A stretch of 64,000 nt of DNA from Paraspadella gotoi (lineage: Eukaryota > Animalia > Chaetognatha): the NCBI GenBank assembly GCA_051294375.1, contig CM119263.1, forward strand, positions 11,280,443-11,344,442. Reading direction: 5' to 3'. This document shows, piece by piece, positions 53,442-64,000 of this stretch (within the stretch, counting starts at the first letter, position 1; every line of letters starts with the position of its first letter). The notes under the pieces are model-generated. The model saw only the letters and a list, made by a program, of their open reading frames with translations, ran no database searches and had not been told where the DNA came from. Position numbers and translations under genes: made by a program.

Positions 53442-54042
53442 GCAAAGAGCAAAACGACCAGAGAGAACTTTGTATGGCGCTCGCATAAAAAGCAGAGAGG
53501 AAAGTGCTAGGGGAAGAAAATGGTAGAAAATCCCGAACGTTAAACATTTCGCCATCGGAGATAAAAAAGGAGGAAGGAAAGAAGAACACCTGGAACCAGG
53601 AATCCAGATTTTTCTTTCTTTCCCAATCAACGAATTTTATTGGGGAATTTCTATTTCCCTTTTATGTATTTCAACAAAAACGCATAAAGTTTTGCCTAAG
53701 TGAAGTTTGGCTAAGTCAATAAAAAAAGTCTAACATCGACTTCAGATAGAAAATTTTATTTTTTTAACAATGAAATTGATACAGACAATATAAAGATTAT
53801 CCATTCATTTGGATAAATAAGCTATCTGGCCCCTGGCTTTAGAAACGAAATCTGTTGAGAAAAAGACCATACAAATGTCATAGAACCAAACTTATTTTTA
53901 TCTATAGATTCAACGAAATATGAGTTTATTAGATGAATAATTCATTGCACGATTTATGGAACAAAAGATAAAACTGAATCCCTTTAGGAAATAAAAAATT
54001 TCGGTCGCCATTTTTTATTTCTCTTTCGTCTTTATTTTTTTT

Positions 54043-54099
<57 letters not shown>

Positions 54100-54128
<29 letters not shown>

Positions 54129-55385
54129 TTTCGGATTAGTAGTATTCGTTTATTTGCTTTTTGTTATTGCTTTTGGCCACAAGATTTAAAAATTATATTT
54201 TTACATTAAAATTTTATTAAGCACCAAACACAGTACAAATAATAGCGAGGGTAAAGTATTTGTCATTCAAGAAAAAAAAATTTACCTAAATTACAACGTA
54301 TAAAATACACGAAAACAGACTAAAGATCATAGCAACACAGAAATTAATGAGGAAATTAGTTAATGAATTATGATAACCTACAAAATATTTAATTACCTTT
54401 GAGGGGTTAAAAAAAATGGAAAAAAAGCGAAAAAAAATTAAATAATAGTCATACATTCAAAGATTATTCTATACTATAATACATGAAGAAGAAATTATGT
54501 TATACAAAAAGACGTCTACCGTCCACCCCGTGTCTGACAAAGATGCAGAACTTCGAAAAGAGGAGAAAGAAAAAAAATATATGGGGGAAATAAAAAGTGA
54601 TGCGATAAGACAAAAAAACAGGCGTTGGTACGGCGCGCGTGGCGCTCGTCTGGCGCGCCGGCTGCGGCGGCCGCGGCGGCGCGGCGGCCGCGGGCGCCTC
54701 TGATTTCTGACGCGAAAAATTTTCTCCTTTTTTAAATTTATGGCAAATGGAAAAACAGAAATGACGAGAAGGAAGACTGCGGGGGGGTGAAACTTTTCCC
54801 TCCGCTCCCTCTCTTTTTCTCTGTTTCCTCTCTGTATCGATTGCTNNNNNNNNNNNNNNNNNNNNNNNNNCCGCCGCGCCCGACGAGCCCAACGCGCCCG
54901 TCCCCAACCCTGTTTTTGTCTTATCGCATCCTTTTTTATTTCCCCATTTATTTTTTTTCTTTCTCCTCTTTCGGTTCTCTCTTTGTCAGACACGGGGTGG
55001 ACGGTAGACGTCTTTTTGTAAACATAATTTCTTCTTCATGTATGTATAGTATAAATATCTTTGAATGTATGACTATTATTTAATTTTTTTCGCTTTTCTT
55101 TTTTTTACCCTCAAGTAATTAATATTTTGTAGGTTACTAATTCATTACTAATTTCTCATTAATTTCTGTGTGCTATGATCTTTAGTCTGTTTCGTTATTT
55201 TATATTGTATTTAGTAAATTTTTTCTTGATACAAATACTTTACCTCGCTATTATTTGTACTTGTTGTGCTTAATAAAATGTTAATTAAAAATAATAATTT
55301 TTAAATCTTTGCCAAAGCCAATCAAAAAAACAAATAACGAATACTACTAATCCGAAATCTCTCTCTCTCTCTCTCTCTGTCTCTC

Positions 55386-55386
<1 letters not shown>
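54100..55386. repeat. ~0.55-kb-arm inverted duplication (~54100-54670 vs 54871-55386) around a 25-N gap
   Basis: aaaaagacgtctaccgtccaccccgtgtctgacaaaga (~54506) mirrors tctttgtcagacacggggtggacggtagacgtcttttt (~54980). The right arm has many small deletions. Confidence 0.93.
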
Positions 55387-55423
<37 letters not shown>

Positions 55424-56002
55424 GAGAGAGAGAGAGAGAGAGNNNNNNNNNNNNNNNNNNNNNNNNNNNNNNNNNNNNNNNNNNNNNNNNNNNNNNNNNN
55501 NNNNNNNNNNNNNNNNNNNNNNNNNNNNNNNNNNNNNNNNNNNNNNNNNNNNNNNNNNNNNNNNNNNNNNNNNNNNNNNNNNNNNNNNNNNNNNNNNNNN
55601 NNNNNNNNNNNNNNNNNNNCCTCCCTCCCAATTCCCACCTTTCCACTTGTTGTCTTCGTAATTCTTCCTCGTTTTATTTTAAATAGTTTTTTTCTTGCCA
55701 CGTATCCGCTTTGGGTGACACGAATTTAAATTTTACAAAGGATATTTTTAAATCATGTTAAACTTTCTTTGTCGATTTAGGATGTGTTTCTTAATTGATT
55801 TTATAACTCAGAACAACATTCAATTTTCTGTCAAAAAGCCTTCACTCTGTGACCTTGAGCAAACATGGGTCACGGACGATTGGCAGGAAAGTCAAGGTTT
55901 CTAAAAGAGCAGAAATAATGATAAAAAATAATAATAATTCCGGATTAATACGTTATTATTTTCTTATTCTTTTTATTTCATTGGTTTTGTTGTTGTCTGC
56001 TG

Positions 56003-56081
<79 letters not shown>
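56003..56081 (+). repeat. (CAT)n microsatellite, ~26 units
   Basis: Directly visible; accounts for the poly-His ORF 55849-56133. Confidence 0.95.
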
Positions 56082-56321
56082 GTTACAGGGTCTTCTTCTT
56101 CGTTGTCGTCGTTGTGCCCCGTCCTCTTCTTGATTTCTGATTTTTTTTTTATTCAATTCGGTCCGGAATCCCGGCGAAGCTCTGTGCGCCGATACGACGA
56201 GGAGAGAAGACAATCAGCGCGAATATGCAATAAGAAAAGACAGAATTTGGTACGAGTGAGAGAGAAGAGGAGGAGAGAGAGGATGAGAGAAAGAGAGAAA
56301 TGAGAATGAGAGAGAGAGCGT

Positions 56322-56362
<41 letters not shown>

Positions 56363-57268
56363 GAGAGAGAGAGAGAGAGACAGAGAAAAGTTTGAATGGA
56401 CGAAAGAAGAAAAGGGCAAGAGGAGAAGCGACGAGCGCTCGCAGAAGGAAAAAATAATCAGTTATGGAGCGCATAAAAACTAAGAAGAATATTCTTTTCT
56501 ATTTACTTTCTGGGTGGGAGAGAGAGAGAGAGAGTGGAGAGAGAGGAGAGAGAGGAGAGAGAGCGATTTAAGCGCCTTTCTCAGGTGGAGTCCGCGAACG
56601 TGCCGTACTTCTCTGNNNNNNNNNNNNNNNNNNNNNNNNNNNNNNNNNNNNNNNNNNNNNNNNNNNNNNNNNNNNNNNNNNNNNNNNNNNNNNNNNNNNN
56701 NNNNNNNNNNNNNNNNNNNNNNNNNNNNNNNNNNNNNNNNNNNNNNNNNNNNNNNNNNNNNNNNNNNNNNNNNNNNNNNNNNNNNNNNNNNNNNNNNNNN
56801 NNNNNNNNNNNNNNNNNNNNNNNNNNAAAAAAACGGTGCGATTATCGTATAGAAAAACAAAACAAAGAAAGACCAAAACAAACATTGAACAAACTTCCCG
56901 CGTCGGCGAGAGTCGTATTTAATTGAGTCCAAATTAATTTTGTAAAGTATATCCATTAAGTAAAGAAAATGTTAAATCGAAAAAAATAAATATTCGTTTT
57001 TACAAACATTACAACAAGAAAAAAAAAAGATAATAATAAACAACACCCCCCCCCCAAAAAAAAAAACGTTTCATCTATTCATGGCGAAAAACACATAATG
57101 TTTCTCGGTCATTTTCTATTTTTTTCTCGTTCCAACTGAATCCATTGCGAAAAAAAAAGAAAAGAAAAAAAGCCATGGGTGGGTTATTGGTTACAGAGCA
57201 CGCAGTAATTATTCGAGCCGAACAACTGATTCGCTGCCAGAAAACTAGAGAGAAAAAAAGTTTCGGAA

Positions 57269-57330
<62 letters not shown>

Positions 57331-57450
57331 GGAGAGAGGGAGAGAGGGAACGCAACCAGAGCGCAACTAGAGCGACAAGGGCGTTCTAAGACTTTTATTA
57401 TTCGCAGTAAAGACACAGAATTATCTTTGACTCGTTTCAGTTCATCCTCT

Positions 57451-57487
<37 letters not shown>

Positions 57488-57706
57488 TTTCCTCTTCGTA
57501 TTTGCCGTCGTCGTCGTCTTCTTTATCCGTGCACCCTCGAGTACGACCCGATTAACTCCAGCAGCAAAATCGTCATCGTCATCGTCGTCGACTTAAACAT
57601 CATCATCATCTTCATCCTTCAGAATTTTTGTTTGCCGCCGCAGCGGGCCTATAATTGGATACTCTAACTCCTTCAAAATCAGCTACCATTTGTTTTGCTA
57701 GCTCAC

Positions 57707-57819
<113 letters not shown>

Positions 57820-58189
57820 ACAATTGGATTTCTTCGTCCCGCTCCTTTTCATCCCATTAATCACTTGGAAAACAGTCTTGTTTTTCTTCCCCCACTCGAG
57901 AAAATTATATCCAAGGAATGAAATGAATTAAGACTTGAGACGCTTAACTTTAATTCTTCCGGTCATTCGGGTAAACAGAAAAAAATATTTCTTTTTCTTT
58001 CCTTTATTTTCAGTATTTTCTCTCTAAATGATTATTATGATTTCTCTTTCTTTTTTTTTTCTACTATCTTTTTTTTTCTTTCTGTCTTTGCCTCGTTTTC
58101 TCCCCATTCCTCCGTGTCCCGTTCGTCTTTGCGTCCCACGAGGGACTTTCTGCGGTTTTTGCGTGCGTCAATGAGAGAGAAGAGAGAGA

Positions 58190-58268
<79 letters not shown>

Positions 58269-59051
58269 ATGAAAAGAGAGAGAGAGCGAGAGAGAGTTGT
58301 TAGCATTTTATTTCTTCGTTCTCTACGCCCGTTCGTTCGTTCGTTCCTTAACTCAGCAAATTTTTCTTGTTTTCTCCATTTATTTCCCTCAAACGTTTTT
58401 CGCTACGATTTTCATTTCTGTTCATTTTTGATTCATTTCTGATCATTGCTTTATCATTGACTCATTCGTTCGTCATGGTCTTGTTTTTATTTACTCATTC
58501 GTTGTTAATTCTTCTCGCACGAGTTGACGAAATTTCATTCTTTTCGTTTTCAATTGTTTCTTTGTTCTCGGGTTTTCTCAAGAGGAGGTCGTCGTCGTCG
58601 TCGTCGTCGTCATCGTCGCGGACGTTGTCGTCGTCGTTATCGTCGTCGTTATCGTCGCGGTCGTTGTCGCGTGTCGTCAACCATTTTAAGGAGAATTAAA
58701 TAAGAGTAAGAGGAAAAAGGCACGGAGGAAAAAGAAGAAAGGAAAAAACAAAATATAAAGAAAGAAACAAATGAAAAAAGAAACTAATTAATTAGAAAAT
58801 AACAAAGAAAAAATAAAACAAATAAAAAACTAGATTGTCAATAAATTTTAATTTTTTTTCGTCTCAAATTCGGTAATTCTGCCAAGTGCCATTGTCTTTC
58901 AATGCATATTTCCTTTGCTCTTTTTTCTAAATCTTCTTAATTTTTTTTATGCTTTTTTTATTTTCTTTAACTCCCTACTATTTAAAAATGATGACTTGGC
59001 AATTCATGCCACCATTGCCACCTTCTTTCTCTCGCTACACCCTGCTTTTAC

Positions 59052-59144
<93 letters not shown>

Positions 59145-60796
59145 GGTATTAGTCGACTAAAAATGTCGGTCGAGATTTCAATCGGGGAATGCTCTTTTTC
59201 TTTCTTTTTATTTTTAGTTGCGGTCACATATCGAGCGAGTCGATGACCCATAGTATGACCCGAATTCGCGGAAATGACTCCTTCTCCTAATCGTGACCGG
59301 AACGGCGACCCGAGACCTGACCCGCTTTTATGGTTTTAACGGATCTTCTCGTCGGATTCGCTTCTCAACATCCTTTTTTTTTTCGATTCTCGATAATCGA
59401 TTTTCGACAAAAACAAACATTTAAAAACAAAACAAAATACAAAAAAATACGAAAAATCCAATTTCGCGGCGGGTAACAAAACATTTGGGAAAAAATGAAA
59501 ACATGAATCCCCCTTACAAGTCATCAGATGCACTCTCCATGACGAAAATACAATTCGTTGTTATTAAACTTATTTTTGAACAAACCTAAAATGACCTATT
59601 AACGGAGATAAGTTTGTTTTTTCTAATGCATTGTACACCTTAAAGATTTAAAACGTTTTCAGAGAAACGAAAAAGCACCATAGGACGAAAAAAAAAACCG
59701 ACGCCTCCCGGGAGAACAATGCTCTTCTCATTCTGTTGCAACTCGGGTTATTCACTCCGCGTCAAAGCCTCTTGGTTTTCCCTTTTGTTCAAAAAAAGAC
59801 TCCTTTTCGTTTCCAACGCCGCGAAAAATCCTCTCCTTTTTTTTCATTTTCACTTTTTTTTTTAAAGAAAAAGGAAAAAAGGTTTTTGGCGTCTACTCCC
59901 GTCGTAGAATTGATCCAATTAATCGCGAAAACAGGAAAAAAGAAACTATAGAAAAGACAGGAATCGGGAAAGAGAAAAAAAAGGGAAAAGAGGGAAATTG
60001 GGAAAATCTAAATGGAAGAAAGAAATAAAAGTAAAAAAAAAAAGTCCGATAGGAAAAAAAATTGTAGAGAAAAGAAAAAAAATAAGAAATAAAAACCCTT
60101 TTGGGAGGTAAAAGGTAAAAAAAAGAACAAAATAGGAGATCAGAAAAAGAAGTCAAAAGAAAGAGAGGAAAGAGGAGAAAAAAAATTGAGGCAAAATCTA
60201 AAGAATCGGACGTGGGACCAGGTTGATGGAGAAAAATATAAAAAAAAAAGAAAAAAAAGAAAAGGGATAACACGAAAATTGAAAAAGCACAAGGTCGTCA
60301 TAAGACGAGAGGGCGTCTATAAGAGTTTGGGACCTTAGCGAAGAGAGAGCTATATAAAGAAGAGAATCAGCATAAACGAGAGTGGACGAATCACAATCAC
60401 TGAGATGAGAGACAGAAGAGATGAAGTGACAGAGAAGAAGAGAGAGAGAGAGAAGTGTAGATCGAAAAAGTATTAAGGGTCTTATCACGTTTAGCCGTGT
60501 GGAATAACTAGAGCGCGATTTTTAGACTTTTGTTGTTGTTGTTGTTGGTTTTTCCAGCGCCTGTCATTAGAGAAGGAGGAAGAATAGTGAGGAGGGAAAG
60601 GTTTGATGGAGCGATTGGGTCGTTAGCGATCCTAATCGAGTGGGGGCTCCACGTTGTCTGGACCAGCGAGAAGAGGGTCACGTTCTTTGCATGATGAATT
60701 ATATCTGGTTCAAACGCGGTTCATTATTTCAGGCTCTCTCTCTCTCTCTCTCTCTCTCGTCCTTCTGCTCTCTCTCTCTCTCTCTCTTCTCTTCCT

Positions 60797-60834
<38 letters not shown>

Positions 60835-61680
60835 TCTCTTCTGTTTCTGACCTTCATCATTGAGACATCGCGACTGTTTTTCTTTCGCTCTGTTGCGATC
60901 GCCATGCATTTCTCACTTATGTATTCTTATTTCTAGCTTCTACACCATGGCGTTTCATATAGTGACAAATCAAAAAAACACCTAAGAAAACAAAAACAAA
61001 AATACAAATCAAGGCAGAACTTCACTATGACTATCTCATCTCCGTTCGTCCCAGGCGTCCCCGCTCGACATAATACATAGAACATTAAAGACTTGAAAAC
61101 AAAAGTGACGACGAGACGACGACGACGTTCAACGGAAATGACCTGGCGAAATTAAATTTGGTTAAACGGAATTCCGGTCTAATGTTGTTTTCGGGAGGCA
61201 TCGACCCGAAGTCTCTTCGACCGCTGGATTCGAAAAAAACGACATCGGGGGAAAAAAAGAGCAGGGAATTAAAACGAAATAAAGTTAGAAAGAAAAGAAG
61301 AGAAGAGACAAAAAAAAAGAGAAAAAAGAAATAAATAATCGAACGCGTAAATAATATCTTACTTATAGAGCTTTGTTAACACAAATATTAATTCGGCCTG
61401 CATAAGAAAAAAAAGATCAAGAAAAAAAACTAGCGAAGCATAAGAAAATTATGGCGAAGGAAACATACAAAAAACAAGTGAAAGAGAAGAACAGAGACAG
61501 CTGACAAACATTCGTCAGTTCTGCAGCCACAAAAAAAAAAAAAACGAAAAGAAAAAAAACAAAAAAAAAAAAATGCCTTCTCGACGTAACGACCGCCTTC
61601 CACTTTCCTCCCTCTCTTCCTCCTCCTCTCCTCGTCCTCTCTTCTTCTTCCTCCTCCTCTTCCACGTCGCCCTATCGCCC

Positions 61681-61758
61681 ATGGCCCTGCCGCCCGAAAA
61701 GTCGGACTGCAGCCCCTGCCCGGGCCGGCCCTACTGCCACTGCGACCAGAAGACCCAG
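61681..61758 (+). CDS. Candidate Cys-rich coding exon (MALPPEKSDCSPCPGRPYCHCDQKTQ) of an unidentified gene
   Basis: Nearly every codon ends in G or C within an AT/AG-rich background. It has a cccATGG start context, a long upstream polypyrimidine tract and a CAG|GTGAAG donor-like site at 61759. Confidence 0.35.
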
Positions 61759-62651
61759 GTGAAGTGTGGGCGGTGTGGTGGGTGAGGGTACATTGGTGGT
61801 TGAAAGTGTGGGTGGCTTTTGTGGTAACGGTTGTAGTCTAACGTCGTCGTTATCGTCGTCGTTGTTGTGCCCCAGGGGTGACTCTGAAGTCGGTCGGTCA
61901 GAGGTTGAAAGAAAGAGATACTTTGTAAGAAAACAAATCCGCTTAGTGTAATCTCGTGTTTCTCGGAGAAATGGGGGGGGGGAAGTAAGATATCATATTG
62001 CGTATTCCTGTAATAAGTACATATAAAAGGAGCTCAAAAAAAAAAATGAATGCTTACTCGATTCTGGGGGAATTATTTGCCTCAGATGATGACAGCGATG
62101 ACAGAGCGATGACGAAGACGACGACATCTCATATTGGCGAACAATGATTTTCCCTGTGGCCAAAGAAAATTTCTCATCTCCTTCCCTTTTCTCCTTCTTT
62201 ATTTTTTTCCCCTTCTTTCTTTTTCTTTCTTCTCTTTCCGTCCTCTCTCAAGGTTTTTCATGATTTATGCTTTTCCCCCCAAATCTCATGATCTCACTAC
62301 GACGACGACGAAGATGACGACGATCAGAGAAAAATGGATCCTCAGATAGGAAAAAAAAAAGAAAATAAAAAGCGAATTAGTATCGTTTTATTCGTGGGAT
62401 TTAGACATGAAATTAAGTGAAAATTATTGAGGAACACGTTTTGGTAATGTTTAACTCTTTAAGAATGAAACGTAAAGAAAAAAAAGGAGAGAAAAAAGAG
62501 AGAGAGAGAGAAAAGGGAGTGAGGATGAGAGATTGTTCTTTGGGGATTTATAGAAGTAAGTTAATGACACTAAAAAAGGGAAAGGTGAGGGGAACCTATT
62601 CAGAGGAGCAAAGTGCTGTTCCTTGGAGAGAAAAAAACAGGAGAGAAAAAG

Positions 62652-62764
<113 letters not shown>

Positions 62765-62813
62765 CTGACAGAAGGAAAGAGAGTTGTGGTCTCTGTGGGT
62801 GAGAAAGTCGACT

Positions 62814-62870
62814 CTTGGCCGACTCTTGCCAAATCTGGCCAACGCTGGCCAACGCTGGCCAACACTGGCC
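62814..62870 (+). repeat. 10-bp degenerate tandem repeat (TGGCCAACGC-like)
   Basis: ctggccaacg ctggccaacg ctggccaaca ctggcc plus diverged upstream copies. Confidence 0.7.
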
Positions 62871-63437
62871 TCTGAGGATCGAATGAGTCTCCGTTTTTGG
62901 CCAAAAAGACTCGAAAGTTGAGGAAGAGGTAAATGATAAAAAAAGAAAAGTTATGAAAAAGTGAAGTCGACCTGAAAGGCGAAATAAAACTTAAGGTGGA
63001 AGGTGACATACAACGGAACGTTAAATACGACTTGTAACGGATATTACAAGGCGATTGTCTTCGGACCAATGTCAGTAAACAATGAGAACTAACTGGGACG
63101 TGGAATACGACGTTAAATTCTTCCGAAAAATATTTCGGCTCCGGTTGAAATTTTGCAAATGTCGAAATTAGAAAGTAAGAGCTCGTATGATACGCCGGCC
63201 ATGATTCCTATAACATCATCAACGACTGGGACCCACGGAGAACGGATGCTCACGTTTCAACGACACCATTCAGCTAATACTTCAGTAATAATTCAGTAAT
63301 AGAGAGAATTTTTTTGGCTAGCTTTTAAGTTGACAAAAGCAACTCACGATTGCGCCGGAAATTTGAGAAGGCTCGGCTCTCTCTATATAAAAAAAAAAAC
63401 AAACAAAAACCATGAAATTGTTTTCGCGCCGGTGTTA

Positions 63438-63491
<54 letters not shown>

Positions 63492-63703
63492 GTAGCCGTC
63501 GAGCGTAAGGTCGAGAGTGACGTCAAGGGTTTTTTCTGCTCAGTTGGCGTCGTCGTCGTTGCGGTGCATCCATTTCTCATTTGTTTATGTTTATTTTACA
63601 TCAGGAGCAACTTAGATAGAACGGTTGTACTCATTGGTTGTAGTAGATGTTGCTTCGTGCTTTATCTTGTAGTCTCGACGATTCCGTAATTTTTATTTTT
63701 TCG

Positions 63704-63738
<35 letters not shown>

Positions 63739-64000
63739 GCGATCTTCGTCCACGTCGCGTTCCCGAAGCATGAAGTCAGTTGTGTGCTCTGCTGATGGAT
63801 ATTTTTAACGCCCCCCAAAAAAAAAGATTTCAATATGATTACAAGTCCATCTTTTAGGTTTTTAGTTATTATAGGCGTCACTTGGGTCGTGCGACAGGTT
63901 TTTTCATGCGACATGTGGACAGGCTCGCAAGGTTTTCTACATGTGTCACGTGACCTTGTGCGCGAGTCTGCTCGGAAAGGAAATTTTGATCACTTAGACC

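Noticed and set aside
55849-56133. Signal-peptide-like stretch followed by poly-His (metal-binding peptide?)
   Set aside because: The poly-His is a pure (CAT)n microsatellite with no synonymous variation, and the hydrophobic stretch is T-rich low-complexity DNA.

Overview
Eukaryotic genomic scaffold, probably from an invertebrate animal (inference). It is rich in CpG and in (AG/CT)n, (TTTC)n and (TCG/GAC)n microsatellites, and has ten N-gaps. Most ORFs in the track are simple-repeat noise. The one protein I can recognise is a divergent SID-1/SIDT family (CREST superfamily) membrane protein on the minus strand (19209-20897). Its frame is open up to 21131, and a signal-peptide segment in another frame reaches 21508. 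It keeps the SxxxH/D/HxxxH zinc site and the four conserved cysteines, appears intronless over its core, and seems to have only one extracellular beta-domain. The gene sits in the left arm of a ~15.5 kb palindrome (18147-33610). The right arm is an indel-riddled copy and is most likely a single noisy long read pasted in by gap-filling. Two more inverted duplications flank 25-N gaps. Exactly where the right arm stops matching the left, unrelated DNA begins with AGTAGT. It continues as a ~143-bp tandem array ending in a hairpin, then compact divergent ORF-like sequence without microsatellites (33611-37783). This is a candidate terminus of a Polinton/Maverick-like element inserted about 1 kb downstream of the SID-1-like gene in one haplotype. 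I saw no rRNA, tRNA or CRISPR array.
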